Positions 10,860 to 21,609 are shown, counted from the first letter of the stretch. The stretch is 64,000 bases of DNA from a bacterium (GCA_919901855.1 CAKKQC010000007.1:87517-151516); one strand, 5' to 3'. Notes: generated by a model from the sequence alone, not told the origin. Numbers and translations are program-made.

Positions 10860-12116
10860 TCAGGACAGGCTGGAGGGAGCGGTGACGGCGAGACAGCCGC
10901 AGAATCCGCCGAACCCGTATGCGCACACGAGCGCGACCCTGGGGGGGCGATCCTCCGCCGACCTCGTGTAGCGCAGCGCGCAGTCCGGATCGCGCTCGCC
11001 CCAGTTCACGGTCGTCGGCACGATCCCGGCGTCCATCATGAGGACCAGCAATGCGGCCTCGACCGCGCCGCTCGCGCCCAGCGTGTGGCCCGTCAGCGGC
11101 TTCGTCCCCACGACGAGAGGCCGGGAGGCGTCCGGCCCGAACACGGCGCCGAGTACCGTGCTCTCGTAGGCGTCGTTCACCCGGGTGCCGGTGCCGTGCG
11201 CGACGATCGTGTCGATGCCCGCCGGCGCGAGTCCGGCGTCGAGCAGGCAGGCGCCCATGGCATCCGTCCCCCCGCTGCCGGCCGGGTCGAAATCGAAGTA
11301 CCCGTGGGCCTCGCCGGCGAGCCCCGACCCCGCGAGCTCCGCACGGACTCTGGCGCCGCGGCGCATGGCATGCTCCCGCGATTCGATGACGAGGACGGCG
11401 GCACCCTCGCCGAGGACCATGCCCCGGCGGCGCCGGTCGAACACGTAGTAGGGATCGCCCGGCTCCGCGGTTGCGAGCACGCCTAGCGAGGCGAAAGACG
11501 CGAGCGTAAACGGCGTGACCGGAGCCTCGGCGGCCCCCGCCAGCACGAGATCCGCCCGCCCCAGCCGCACGAGGTCGGCCGCATGGGCGAGCGAGAACAG
11601 TCCCGTGGCGGAGGCGCACGAGAAGCCCAGCGTGGGGCCGCGCACTCCGTGCCGGATGCCGACGGCGGCGGGGACGAAGCTCGCGTCATGGCGCCGTGGT
11701 TTCACCGCCCCGGGTCCGTGCTCGATCAGGGCGCGCATGGCGTCCTCGGAGGCGGCCGCGCCGCCCTTGCCCGACGACACCGTGACGGCCACCCGGCGGG
11801 GGTCCCAGCTTCCCGGCGCGAGCGCGGCGTCGCGAACGGCGAGGTCCGAGGCGGCGACGGCGAGGTGCAGGACCCGGTCCTGGCGCATCAGAGTGCGGCG
11901 ATCCAGGAATGCGGCGGGATCGAACCCCGGCGCGAGCCCGGCCACCCGGGAGGGGAACGGTGCGGCGTCGAATCCGGTGATGGCCGTCAGTCCCGGCCGG
12001 TCCGCGCGCAGCGCGGCGGTGACGGCTTCGCGGCCCGTCCCCAACGCGCAGATGATCCCGACGCCCGTGATGACTGGCGTACGATCACCGGAAACCCCTG
12101 CCAATTCGGCGTGCAT
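10860..12116 (-). CDS. Beta-ketoacyl-ACP synthase (FabF-like) family protein, active-site Cys replaced by Ser
   Basis: PVITGVGIICALG N-terminus, VLGEGAAVLVIE, AHGTGT, KPLTGHTLGASG, AYGFGG; GPTLGFSCASATG aligns to the FabF GPxxxxxTACxxG motif with Ser at the Cys position. Confidence 0.85.
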   Translation of the reverse strand: MHAELAGVSGDRTPVITGVGIICALGTGREAVTAALRADRPGLTAITGFDAAPFPSRVAGLAPGFDPAAFLDRRTLMRQDRVLHLAVAASDLAVRDAALAPGSWDPRRVAVTVSSGKGGAAASEDAMRALIEHGPGAVKPRRHDASFVPAAVGIRHGVRGPTLGFSCASATGLFSLAHAADLVRLGRADLVLAGAAEAPVTPFTLASFASLGVLATAEPGDPYYVFDRRRRGMVLGEGAAVLVIESREHAMRRGARVRAELAGSGLAGEAHGYFDFDPAGSGGTDAMGACLLDAGLAPAGIDTIVAHGTGTRVNDAYESTVLGAVFGPDASRPLVVGTKPLTGHTLGASGAVEAALLVLMMDAGIVPTTVNWGERDPDCALRYTRSAEDRPPRVALVCAYGFGGFCGCLAVTAPSSLS

Positions 12117-12124
12117 GACGCGGG

Positions 12125-12131
12125 TATGATA
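12125..12131. promoter_or_regulatory. Overlapping divergent -10 elements (TATGAT on +, TATCAT on -) for two probably leaderless genes
   Basis: TATGAT at 12125-12130 is 7 nt before ATG 12138; TATCAT on the minus strand (12131-12126) is 9 nt before ATG 12116; only 21 nt intergenic. Confidence 0.5.
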
Positions 12132-12137
12132 CCACTC

Positions 12138-14633
12138 ATGGCATTTGCGCCCTGGCTCGCCGCGGTCTGGGGCCTCCTCGTCTGGGGCAACTGGTACCGG
12201 GTCAACTGCGCGCTCGACCATCCCGCCTGGCTCGACCACGTGCGGCAGGCCTTCCTCCTCTGGACGTACGTCGACACCAGAAGCCTCGCGGCCTGGGGCA
12301 CTCATCTCGGCCAGCTCGCCCTCCTCGGCGTGCTCGGAATTGCAGCGGCCGGCGCGGGTGAGCGGGGGCTGAACTGGTGCGGGCGGCGCGGCCGCGACCG
12401 GGGCATCCTCGATGCGACGGCCCTCGGCGCCGGGCTCGCGGCACTCGCGATGCTGGGCGCGGGATTGGCCGGGCTGGCCCGGTTCCTTCCCGTCGCCGCA
12501 GTGGTGGCGGTCGCGGGCGTGGCCGGTCTGCCCTCAGCCCGCCGCGCCGGGCGGCGTGGGTGGGACGCATTTCGGCGGACGGATGCGGGGACCCGGTGGA
12601 TCGCCCTGGGGCTGGCAGCCGCGCTCGCGGTCCCACTCCTGGGCGCGCTCGCCCCTGAGACCTCGGTCGACGCGCAACTACACCACCTCGCCCAGCCCGC
12701 GCTCTTCGCCTCCCTCGGCCGGATCGTCGCCCTGCCCTTCAACGAGTTCTCGCTCCATCCCGCGCTCGTCCACATGCAGTTCCTGATCGCGTTCGTCCTC
12801 GGCGGCGGGGAGGTCGTGGCCAAGCTCGTGCACTTCGGGTGGGGCGTTCTCGTGGCCGCGCTCGTCGCGGTCTGGGCCGGCCGGCGGCTGGGCGCGCGCT
12901 GGGGCCTGGCGGCGTCCGCCGCGTTCGTTCTCCTGCCGTACACGCAGGTCGTGGCCATCCGCGCGTACGTCGAGCTGGCGACGGTCGCGTACCTGACGCT
13001 CCTGATCCGAGACCTCGTGGCACCGGGTGCCAATCCCGTTCTCGTCGGTGTCTGGGGCGGCCTCTGCGCCGGGACCAAGGTCAACGGGCTCATGGCGCCC
13101 GCGCTGGCGGCGGGGGCATTGGCCCTGCGGCGGGCGCCGTGGCGGGTCTGGGGGGCGTGGGCGCTGGCCGGCACCGCCGCGGTCGCGCCGTGGGCTGTCA
13201 AGAACGCCCTCGCCTGCGGCAATCCCACCGGGCGGCTCCTGCCCGGCGTCTTCCCGACGATGTGGTTGGACCCGGAGAACCTGCGTCGGCACGTGATCGA
13301 GCTCGTGGGGGCCGGCCGGGAGCCGATGGCCTTGCCCGGGGCCGCGGGCCTGCTTGCCCGGCCCTGGAACGTGAGCATCCTCAACACCGGGGTCATGGAT
13401 CCCCACAGCGGGATGGGCGGCTGGTTCCTCTGGATTGCGCCGTTCTGTCTGCTCGCCTCCGGCGTCGGGCCGCTCGCCGCGCTCGTGGGCGGCGGGCTCG
13501 TGCTCTGGCAGATCATGCCGCACCTCGTCCGGTACTCGATGCCGCTCTGGCCGGCAATGAGCGTCCTCGGCGCGCAGGGCCTGCGGGCGCTGTCCGCGCG
13601 CGGCTCCGGTGGCCGCGCCGTCGTTGCAGCCGCCGGGCTGGTGCTGGCCGTGCACCTGCCGCTCGCGGTCGCGCGCGAGTTCTCGATCGCGAACCCCTTC
13701 GGCGTCGTCTTCGGTCTCGAGACCCGGAACCACTATCTCGCCCGTGGGTTCCCGGAGCGGGGGCGGACGGTGGCGGCGCAAGCCTGGCTGGCCCCCGAGA
13801 TCGGACGTAGCCGGGTCCTCCTGCTCACGCCGACCGGGCTCTGGCTTCACTGGGGGCCGCGGACGGTTGTTCAGTCGCTGTTCGACACTGCGCTCATCGA
13901 GCGGTTCGCCCGCGAGGAGCGGGACGCGGCGGGGATCGCGAAGCGATTCCGGCAGACCGGGATCGGCTGGACAATCTACCTGCCGCAATCGGGCTGGGCG
14001 CTCGAGCGGACATATGGCACGTGGGCGTTTGAGGAAGGGGCGGCGGCGCGGTGGCGCGCATTCTGGGAAACCCGGGCGGTTCTCGCGCACGCGGAGGGGG
14101 ACCGGATCGTGATCCACCGGCTCCTGCTTGGAGGGTCCGTGCCGCCTAATCCGCCGGATGGGTACCTGCCGGGGCTCGATGAGCGGTGGCTGGCCGAGAC
14201 CGCGGGGCTCGCGGACCGGGGCGACCCCGGCGTGGTGGGCCGGTTCGAGGCCATCGCCCGTGCGACCGGATCGGCGGCGGCGTGGGAACAGGCGGCCGCC
14301 GCGATCCTGAAGGCGGGCGACGAGAAGAAGGCGCTGGCGGCGTTCCGCGAGGCCGAACGCCGCGGCCGGCGCACGGTGGCGACCGCGGCCGCCGTAGGCA
14401 TGCTCGAGGCCCGCGCTGGGCGTCTTCGCCCGGCCGCGGATGCACTGGACATCGCAGTCGCCATCGACCCCTCCCGCGAGGACATCCGGCTCCTGGACGT
14501 GCGCGTGCTCCTCGGCCTTCGCAGGCTCCAGGACGCCGCCCGCGTGCTGGATGACGGGCTCAAGCTCAACCCGGGCTCCGCCGCCCTCGGGGCCGCGTGG
14601 CGCGACCTCACTGGCCGTCCATACCTGAGATAA
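12138..14633 (+). CDS. Multi-pass membrane protein, GT-C (ArnT/PMT-like) glycosyltransferase-like, with C-terminal TPR-like helices
   Basis: Many hydrophobic segments, PETSVDAQLHHLAQP loop motif, WAVKNALACGNP, TPR-like tail (LKLNPGSA); start uncertain (12126 or 12138). Confidence 0.65.
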   Translation: MAFAPWLAAVWGLLVWGNWYRVNCALDHPAWLDHVRQAFLLWTYVDTRSLAAWGTHLGQLALLGVLGIAAAGAGERGLNWCGRRGRDRGILDATALGAGLAALAMLGAGLAGLARFLPVAAVVAVAGVAGLPSARRAGRRGWDAFRRTDAGTRWIALGLAAALAVPLLGALAPETSVDAQLHHLAQPALFASLGRIVALPFNEFSLHPALVHMQFLIAFVLGGGEVVAKLVHFGWGVLVAALVAVWAGRRLGARWGLAASAAFVLLPYTQVVAIRAYVELATVAYLTLLIRDLVAPGANPVLVGVWGGLCAGTKVNGLMAPALAAGALALRRAPWRVWGAWALAGTAAVAPWAVKNALACGNPTGRLLPGVFPTMWLDPENLRRHVIELVGAGREPMALPGAAGLLARPWNVSILNTGVMDPHSGMGGWFLWIAPFCLLASGVGPLAALVGGGLVLWQIMPHLVRYSMPLWPAMSVLGAQGLRALSARGSGGRAVVAAAGLVLAVHLPLAVAREFSIANPFGVVFGLETRNHYLARGFPERGRTVAAQAWLAPEIGRSRVLLLTPTGLWLHWGPRTVVQSLFDTALIERFAREERDAAGIAKRFRQTGIGWTIYLPQSGWALERTYGTWAFEEGAAARWRAFWETRAVLAHAEGDRIVIHRLLLGGSVPPNPPDGYLPGLDERWLAETAGLADRGDPGVVGRFEAIARATGSAAAWEQAAAAILKAGDEKKALAAFREAERRGRRTVATAAAVGMLEARAGRLRPAADALDIAVAIDPSREDIRLLDVRVLLGLRRLQDAARVLDDGLKLNPGSAALGAAWRDLTGRPYLR

Positions 14634-14649
14634 TCGCCTTGGGAGTCCC

Positions 14650-17600
14650 ATGAATCACCGATGGCGAACGGTCCTGGCTCTGGCGGTCCTGGCCGCGGCC
14701 GGGATTTCCCGCCCCGCCTCCGCTGCCTGTCCCGACCTCATCCTGCTGGGCACCACGGACTACAACGGATCGGCAAACGACCACGATGCGGCTTGGGCCG
14801 TGGCCGTCGACGGGAGCGGGAATGTCGTGGTCGTGGGCTATGAGTTCATCTCACCAACGAAGGCTAACTGGCGGATTCGGAAATACGACGCCTCGCTGAC
14901 GACACTGTTGGCAACGACGGACTACGACGGGGGGGCCGTCAACGGCACCGACGCCGCCCATGCCGTCGCCATCGACGGATCCGGGAACATTCTGGTGGCT
15001 GGGAGTATGTACAGCGGCGGGACGCACTGTATGATCCGCAAGTACGACCCGATGCTCACGACGCTGTTGGCTGCGACCGAGTACGCGGCTGCGGCCGACG
15101 CCAGGGGTCTCATCCTCGACGGCAGCGGCAACGTCGTCGTGGCGGGCGAGGGGGGGAGTCCCGCCAGCGGGAACGACTGGCGGATCACGAAGTTCGACCC
15201 CGCCTTGACCACGGTCCTGACGACCACGGACTTCAGCAGTCCCGGGTTTGCTTACGACATGCTGTGGGCGCTTGCGCAGGACGGGTCCGGGAACATCATC
15301 GCCGCGGGGACCGAGGGCGACCAGTTCTCCCCCTTTACCGAGAAGTGGCGCATCCGGAAGTACGACGCGTCGTTGACGACCCTGCTCGCGTCGACGGACT
15401 ACATCGCGGGCACTGGATTCTCCAACGCTCCTTCTGCCGTCGTTGTTGGCGCCGGCGGGAACATACTTGTAGTCGGAATCGAAGATGGGGTCTGGCAGAT
15501 GCGGATCAGGGAGTACAACGCGTCGTTGACGACGCTGCTGGCAACGACAGTCTACGCCGGGCCGGGAACCAACGAGCTGGGTCGATCCGCCGCCCTCGAC
15601 AGCAGAGGGAACCTGGTGGTGGTCGGGGAGGAGCAGGGGTTGAGTTGCGGATCGAACTGGAGGATCGGGAAGTACGATGCCTCGCTGACGACGATGCTGG
15701 CGACCACGACCTACGAAGCCTGCCACAATCCGGGGGACAACGCCGGCCCGTGGGCGATCGCGGTTGACGGCCGGGACAACCTCATGGTGGCCGGATACGA
15801 GACGGACTCCACGGGGTATCACAACTGGCGCATCAACAAGTACGGCCAGCCGGCGTGCCTCGATGCGGTGCTGGCGTTCTCGCGGACGATCGTGTCGCCG
15901 GGGCAGTGGGTCACGGTCATGCTCACGGTCACGAACGCGGGCGGGGCGGTCCTGAACGGAATTCCGACACTGGGGCAGGACGCGGGCCCCGGCACGGGCG
16001 CGATCACGGCGGGGCCGACGCCGTCGGCGACGACCGTCCTACCGACCGGCCAGTCGATGACGTTCACGTGGTCGTTCTCGGCGTCGGGCGCCGGACTCGT
16101 CGAGCTGACCGGGACCTTGACCGGCTGGGATCTGTCGCTGTCGGCGACCACGTGGGTGCAGGCCACGGGTTCCTTCCTGATCCAGAAGCGGCCGGCGCTG
16201 TCGGCGTCGCTGGTCATGACCTCGGCTTCCAGTCTATTGCCGGGCGACGCCATCGTCCTCGTCTTCACGGTCAGCAACTCGGGGGAGGCGGGGGCGACGG
16301 TTACACCGCGGCTGCCCAAGGTCTCGGGGTCGGGGACCGGCTACCTCGCGCTCAGTCCGGTGGCCCTGGTCGTGCCCGGCGGCGGCAGCGTCTCGTTCAC
16401 CTGGGTCTACACCGCCGGGCCCGCGGCGTCCTCGCTCTCGTTCACGGCTTCCGGAAACGGCACCGACGTCAACTCCGGGGTCGCGGTTCCGGTGCCGCAG
16501 GGGGCGGCGGGGCCGGTCGTCGTCACCGCTCCGTCCACGCCATGCGTTTCCGCGCCGACCCGGATCACGTTCTACGACGGCCGGGCCAACGGGGACGACG
16601 AGGGCAACGGGATAGCGGTGCCGTCCTCGGGATCGATCTTCGTCGCCTGCGAGGAGAACCGCGAGGAGAGCGGCCGGCTGACGGACTGCCTCGTGATCGG
16701 CTACCCGCCAGGCGGCGGCGCTCTCTACTGGGCGGGCGAGTACGGGGCCGTCGGGAGCGTGGCGGACGCCGCGTACGGGGTTACGACGGGCCCGGACGGC
16801 TCCGTCTACTCGGTCGGCCATTCGGGGAACAGCGCGTGGATAGAGCGCTGGGACCCGTTCCCGCCGGGCGCCATGGACTGGATCCTGCTCCTGGCGGAGT
16901 CGCCCGGGGGGCCCGACGAGCTCAGGTCCGTGATGTTCGCCCCCGACGGGAATCTCGTCGTTGCCGGAAAGCAGCGGCGCACGGATATCGGCCATGGCGA
17001 CGACGTCTGGGTCGCGAAGTACGACCCGACGGGCGGGCTCGTCTGGTCGGTCAACTACAACAGCCCCGCTAACTCGGACGACCTGGCCTACGCCGTGACC
17101 GTGGACCTGTCTGGATCGATCTACGTCGCGGGAGCCGAAACCCGGACGGATCTCGGCCAGGGACGGAACATCCTCGTGCTCAAATACAGTGCCTCCGGCG
17201 CCCTGCTCTGGACCCGGTCGTACACGAGCCCGGGGATCGCCAACGACGAGGGGCGCGCGATCGCCGTGGACGGGACCGGGAATCTCTACGTGGGAGGCTA
17301 CGAGACGCGCAACGATCTCGGGCAGGGCGAGAACGGCTGGGTCCGCAAGTGCTCGCCCGCGGGCACGCCCCTCTGGACGGCCACCTTCAACTCGCCGATG
17401 ACGCGGTTCGGCGGGCCGAACGACCGGGCGCTCGGGATCGCGGTGGACCCCGTCAACGGCGACGTCTTCGCGACCGGGCGGGTGGAGCGTCCCGGACAGG
17501 CGGCCAACGTCCTGTTCGCCCGGTGGGACGCGTCGGGGACGCTCCTCGATCTCCAGACCCGGAACGGGCCGAACAACGGCAACGATGAGGGCCGCGCGAT

Positions 17601-20328
17601 CACGGTCGGTCCCGGCGACGACCTCTACGTGGCCGGGTTCGAGAACTGGGACAACCTGGCCCAGAAGGAGAACGTGACGACGTACCAGTGGCCGCGGCCC
17701 GGGTGCCTCAAGGCGGCGCTGTCGGTATCGCCGGTACCCGTCTGGTCGGGACTGCCGATCGAGGTCGTGCTCACGGTCACGAACACGGGGGCGAACGCGG
17801 TCACGTCGGTGACGCCCGTGCTCACGATCGCGCCCGGCGCCGGGCTCCTGTCGCTGCTGACCGCGCCCTCGCCGCTCGCCAGCCTCGGCCCGGGCGCGTC
17901 CGCGTTCTTCACCTGGACCTACGCGACCGCGGGGACGGGGCCCGTGGCGTGCACGGCGACCGTGACCGGCGTCGAGTCCGTGAGCGGGCTGTCCATGACG
18001 GCCTGGGGGTACGCCGAGACCCTCGTGCAGGGCGCCGCGAGTCTGGCGGGCGCGGTCAGCCTGCCGGCATCGACCTGCCAGGCGATGCCGTTCACGCTGG
18101 CGGTGACAATCACCAACACCGGGCTGGGCGGCGCGTGGCTGGGAAGCGCGACCGTGCTCGTCACCGGGTTGCCCGCGTCCGCCCTCGGCGGCCCGGTGCC
18201 GCCGCTGCCGCTCACGCTCGGGGTGGGGAACGCGGTCACGCTCGCCTGGACGTGGTCGGCGGCGGGCGCGGGCGCCGCGACTTTCTCGGTGACCGTGACC
18301 GGCGCGGATCTCACTGGCGGCGGCGGGCTGGCCGTGGGGCCGCTGGGCGCCGATATCGCCGTCACGGGGCGCGCGGCACTCGAGGCGAGTGCTCGCGCCA
18401 CCCCGGCCGCGGCCGTGGGAGGCGGGATCACGGTGGAGCTCACGGTGACGAACACCGGGCTCACCATGGCGACCGGCCTCACCCCCGCCCTCGCGGTCTC
18501 TCCGCCCGGCGCGCCCGTTCTCGGCTGGGCCGGTCCGTCGCCACCGGGCCCGGTCGCCCTCGCCCCCGGCGCGGCCCAGACCTTCGCCTGGTCGTACACG
18601 GCGACGGGATGGGGGACCGTGACCTTTGCGATGACGGTGGCCGGGGCTGATTCCTGTGGCGCGATCTCATCGGCGGCGACCGCAACTGCGTTCCTCGGGA
18701 CACCAGCCACGCTCGTCGGGTCCGTCGTGTCCGCGATCGCCTCCCCGCTCTGTGTCGGATCGTATGTCCTTGTCGTTGTCTCGGTCACGAACACTGGGAA
18801 TGCTCCTGCCGTTGGCGTTGCGGGAACGACGACCCTGTTCATCGAGGGCCCGGGCACCGCGTCGCTCCAGTTTGTGTCGAACCCGGTGGCGTCGCTCGGA
18901 CCAGGCGCCTCGGCTCACTTCACTTGGCAATACGCGACTACCGGTGTGGGAGCGATTCGGTTCACCGCGACCGTAGCCGGTACGGATGCGGCTTTGGGGG
19001 GGCCGGTGCGGACGGCGCCGTTGACCACCCCGACTACGGATCTTACCGTGCCAGCCAATATCTGGATACATCCGGCGGTGTCGCCGGTGGTGGCGATGCT
19101 GGGCCAGTTGGTTACCGTGACTTTGACGGTGACCAACATGGGAGGGGACGCCGCTGGGGTTTCGGCGGCTGCGTGGACAATCGAACCCGGCATGACCACG
19201 CGGATATCCGGGCCCTCACCTCCGGGTCCCATTGCCCTACCGTCCGCGGCGTCCCAGACGTTCAGCTGGACGTTCTCCGCGTCCGGAGCAGGGGTGTCAA
19301 CTTTCACCTTCAGCGTAACGGGATCGTCATGCGGAGGCCCGGTTGCGTTTATGCGCGGTGACGTTCGCCCATTCTGGATTGTCCGGCCCGCCCTCCTGGT
19401 CGCGAGCGGCCTCACGCTGGCCCCCGGCAGTCCCGGGGCGGGTGCGACCGTCGTGGCCACGATGGTACTGCGCAACGACGGCGACCTCGATCTCACGGTC
19501 ACCTCGTTCTCGCGCACGGTAGTCGGCGTCGCCGGGCTTGGGGCGCCGGGGGCGCCGACGCCGGGGCCGGGGTTCATGCTCACGGCGGGCGGCTCGCAGT
19601 CGGTCACGTGGACGCAGACGACGACAGCGCCGTGTGGAGTGGCTGCGGAAACCGTCAGCGCCGCCGGCGTCGAGTTCAGCACCGGGCGGATCTTGTCGTC
19701 CAATACGGTGACCTCGAACGCGGTTTCGATCACGGGCACCGCGACGGGCTTCACGCTCTCCGCCTCCGCCGCGAAGGCGAACGTGGGAACTCCGGTCACG
19801 CTGACGGCCATGGTAACCGACGCGTGCGGCGGGGCCGTGCCCAACCTGACCGTGACGTTCACCGTGAGCGCCGGCGGCGGGTGGCTCTCGGCCGTCACGG
19901 GGACCACGAACTTCTCCGGGCGGGTCACGGTCACGCTCACGCTCGGGCTCGACGAGGGGCGCAACACCGTGGTGGCATACGTGGGCGGGACGACGCTGAC
20001 CGCCCTCGTGGCCGTCGAGGCCGTGAACCCGCTCGTCCTCACGTCGCCGGGCGCGGCGCTCGACAAGAACGTCCTCGTCCTCAACTCGGGGCAGGTCGTG
20101 CTGGCCCGCATCTGGCCGCTCAATGGCGACCCCATCGTGACCCGCATCTTCACCGCATCGGGGAGGTTGGTCCGCACGCTCAGGAAGCTGACGCCCTCCG
20201 GCCGCGGCCAGTTCCTCGTCGAGTGGGACGGGCTGAGCGAGGACGAGTTCGCGGTCGCCCGCGGCGTCTACCTCGTGGACGTCGAGGGCGGCGGCATCCA
20301 CCAGATCCTGAAGGTGTTGGTTCGCTGA
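14650..20328 (+). CDS. Large secreted surface protein: two beta-propeller repeat regions, Ig-like repeats, Big_1-like domain, FlgD-Ig-type C-terminal domain
   Basis: Signal peptide; repeats W.IRKYDASLTTLLATTDY and AVD.SGNIYVAG.E; LTVTNTG...FTWTY Ig repeats; C-terminal IFTASGRLVRTL...WDG...GVYLV; GGGAG RBS. Confidence 0.85.
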   Translation: MNHRWRTVLALAVLAAAGISRPASAACPDLILLGTTDYNGSANDHDAAWAVAVDGSGNVVVVGYEFISPTKANWRIRKYDASLTTLLATTDYDGGAVNGTDAAHAVAIDGSGNILVAGSMYSGGTHCMIRKYDPMLTTLLAATEYAAAADARGLILDGSGNVVVAGEGGSPASGNDWRITKFDPALTTVLTTTDFSSPGFAYDMLWALAQDGSGNIIAAGTEGDQFSPFTEKWRIRKYDASLTTLLASTDYIAGTGFSNAPSAVVVGAGGNILVVGIEDGVWQMRIREYNASLTTLLATTVYAGPGTNELGRSAALDSRGNLVVVGEEQGLSCGSNWRIGKYDASLTTMLATTTYEACHNPGDNAGPWAIAVDGRDNLMVAGYETDSTGYHNWRINKYGQPACLDAVLAFSRTIVSPGQWVTVMLTVTNAGGAVLNGIPTLGQDAGPGTGAITAGPTPSATTVLPTGQSMTFTWSFSASGAGLVELTGTLTGWDLSLSATTWVQATGSFLIQKRPALSASLVMTSASSLLPGDAIVLVFTVSNSGEAGATVTPRLPKVSGSGTGYLALSPVALVVPGGGSVSFTWVYTAGPAASSLSFTASGNGTDVNSGVAVPVPQGAAGPVVVTAPSTPCVSAPTRITFYDGRANGDDEGNGIAVPSSGSIFVACEENREESGRLTDCLVIGYPPGGGALYWAGEYGAVGSVADAAYGVTTGPDGSVYSVGHSGNSAWIERWDPFPPGAMDWILLLAESPGGPDELRSVMFAPDGNLVVAGKQRRTDIGHGDDVWVAKYDPTGGLVWSVNYNSPANSDDLAYAVTVDLSGSIYVAGAETRTDLGQGRNILVLKYSASGALLWTRSYTSPGIANDEGRAIAVDGTGNLYVGGYETRNDLGQGENGWVRKCSPAGTPLWTATFNSPMTRFGGPNDRALGIAVDPVNGDVFATGRVERPGQAANVLFARWDASGTLLDLQTRNGPNNGNDEGRAITVGPGDDLYVAGFENWDNLAQKENVTTYQWPRPGCLKAALSVSPVPVWSGLPIEVVLTVTNTGANAVTSVTPVLTIAPGAGLLSLLTAPSPLASLGPGASAFFTWTYATAGTGPVACTATVTGVESVSGLSMTAWGYAETLVQGAASLAGAVSLPASTCQAMPFTLAVTITNTGLGGAWLGSATVLVTGLPASALGGPVPPLPLTLGVGNAVTLAWTWSAAGAGAATFSVTVTGADLTGGGGLAVGPLGADIAVTGRAALEASARATPAAAVGGGITVELTVTNTGLTMATGLTPALAVSPPGAPVLGWAGPSPPGPVALAPGAAQTFAWSYTATGWGTVTFAMTVAGADSCGAISSAATATAFLGTPATLVGSVVSAIASPLCVGSYVLVVVSVTNTGNAPAVGVAGTTTLFIEGPGTASLQFVSNPVASLGPGASAHFTWQYATTGVGAIRFTATVAGTDAALGGPVRTAPLTTPTTDLTVPANIWIHPAVSPVVAMLGQLVTVTLTVTNMGGDAAGVSAAAWTIEPGMTTRISGPSPPGPIALPSAASQTFSWTFSASGAGVSTFTFSVTGSSCGGPVAFMRGDVRPFWIVRPALLVASGLTLAPGSPGAGATVVATMVLRNDGDLDLTVTSFSRTVVGVAGLGAPGAPTPGPGFMLTAGGSQSVTWTQTTTAPCGVAAETVSAAGVEFSTGRILSSNTVTSNAVSITGTATGFTLSASAAKANVGTPVTLTAMVTDACGGAVPNLTVTFTVSAGGGWLSAVTGTTNFSGRVTVTLTLGLDEGRNTVVAYVGGTTLTALVAVEAVNPLVLTSPGAALDKNVLVLNSGQVVLARIWPLNGDPIVTRIFTASGRLVRTLRKLTPSGRGQFLVEWDGLSEDEFAVARGVYLVDVEGGGIHQILKVLVR

Positions 20329-20349
20329 CCGGCAGCCGGTCAGCGAATT

Positions 20350-20375
20350 CGAGTTTCGGCGGACGCCGAAACTCG
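20350..20375. terminator. Hairpin between convergent genes, probable terminator
   Basis: cgagtttcggc-ggac-gccgaaactcg, perfect 11-bp stem. Confidence 0.55.
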
Positions 20376-20382
20376 TCGTGCG

Positions 20383-21609
20383 CTAAAAGGCGTCAATCTC
20401 CCAGAACACGGGCCGGCCCCGGGGGAAGAGGGCGTCGAGGAGGACGATCTCGCGGTCGCCGACCGTGGACGCGCGGGCGAAGGGCTGGAGCGAGAACGGT
20501 TTCGCGCCGCTGAAGACCTCGATCCACCGCGCCGGCTCCAGCACCGCCCGCGGCAGCTCCCCGGACGCCGTCGCCTCCACCTCGACGCGGTCCTCGTTGA
20601 GCCGCACAGTCGCGGTCTGGTCGCGGTACCCGATTACGACGGCGCCACGGGCCACGCCCGCCCGCGCGGCGCGCGCGGCAAGCTCGGGGGCGAGGGCGCG
20701 GAGGAAACCTGCGAGGTACGCGATACGGAGCAGGATCCAGTCGGCGGGGATGTCGACCGGAGCTTCGGTGAACGGGGCGAGCGCGGCTCCCAGCTCGAAG
20801 CACGGGGCGGGATACTGGAGTCCGCGCACGCCCCGGAGAAACGCCTCGCGCAAATAGGCGCGCGCGAGGGCGCGGGTGGACTCCTCGGCGCCGGGCAGGG
20901 TGCCGAACTCGAGGACCTTGGACCACGTATGGTCGGGGTCCGCCGTCGCGCGGAGGTAGGCGGCCGGCTGGGCGTGGCTGTCCTCGGCGACCAGCGCGCA
21001 CGCGGGCTCCTCCTTCGGATACACGGTCGTCCACTCGGGCTGCCGCTCCCATACGGCTTCGGCCGCCGGGATCGTGCCCGTGAACCCGGCCGCGTACCGG
21101 CTCCGGATCGCGAGCAGGGCCGCGCGGTCGCGACCGAAGTCGATCGCGCGGACCACGGGGCCGGGGCCGGCGCCGGCGGGCGGCCGGAGCCGGAGCAGGT
21201 GCGTCTCCCGGCGCGGCGACGGTTCGTACCCGAGCGGCTGGTAGAAACCCGGGATCTGGGTCGAGAGCAGGGAGAGGGGACGGCCGTCCGCGCGCATGAG
21301 TTCGTGGGCGGCGGCCAGGAGCCGCCGCGCGAGCCCGCGCTTGCGCCACGCGGGATCCGTGACGACGTTCGCGATACCGCCGCAGGGCACCCGGGCGGAC
21401 CCGAACGCGAGGTCGAACCCGATGGCGTGGACGGTCGAGACGACCCGGCCGGCGTCCCGGACCACGAGCGGCGCGCCCGGCAGGTTCTGGGGGTCCCGGC
21501 GCATCCGGGTCGCGAAGTACGCGGCGCCGACGCCGAGCTCGCGGGCGCAAAGCGCCGCGATGCCGTCGAACTCCTCCGGGCGTGCCGGTTCCACCGTGAG
21601 GTCCGTCAT
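20383..21609 (-). CDS. GNAT family N-acetyltransferase, Eis-like with C-terminal SCP2-like domain
   Basis: GGIANVVTDPAWRKRGLARRLL acetyl-CoA motif; IPGFYQPLGY. Confidence 0.8.
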   Translation of the reverse strand: MTDLTVEPARPEEFDGIAALCARELGVGAAYFATRMRRDPQNLPGAPLVVRDAGRVVSTVHAIGFDLAFGSARVPCGGIANVVTDPAWRKRGLARRLLAAAHELMRADGRPLSLLSTQIPGFYQPLGYEPSPRRETHLLRLRPPAGAGPGPVVRAIDFGRDRAALLAIRSRYAAGFTGTIPAAEAVWERQPEWTTVYPKEEPACALVAEDSHAQPAAYLRATADPDHTWSKVLEFGTLPGAEESTRALARAYLREAFLRGVRGLQYPAPCFELGAALAPFTEAPVDIPADWILLRIAYLAGFLRALAPELAARAARAGVARGAVVIGYRDQTATVRLNEDRVEVEATASGELPRAVLEPARWIEVFSGAKPFSLQPFARASTVGDREIVLLDALFPRGRPVFWEIDAF

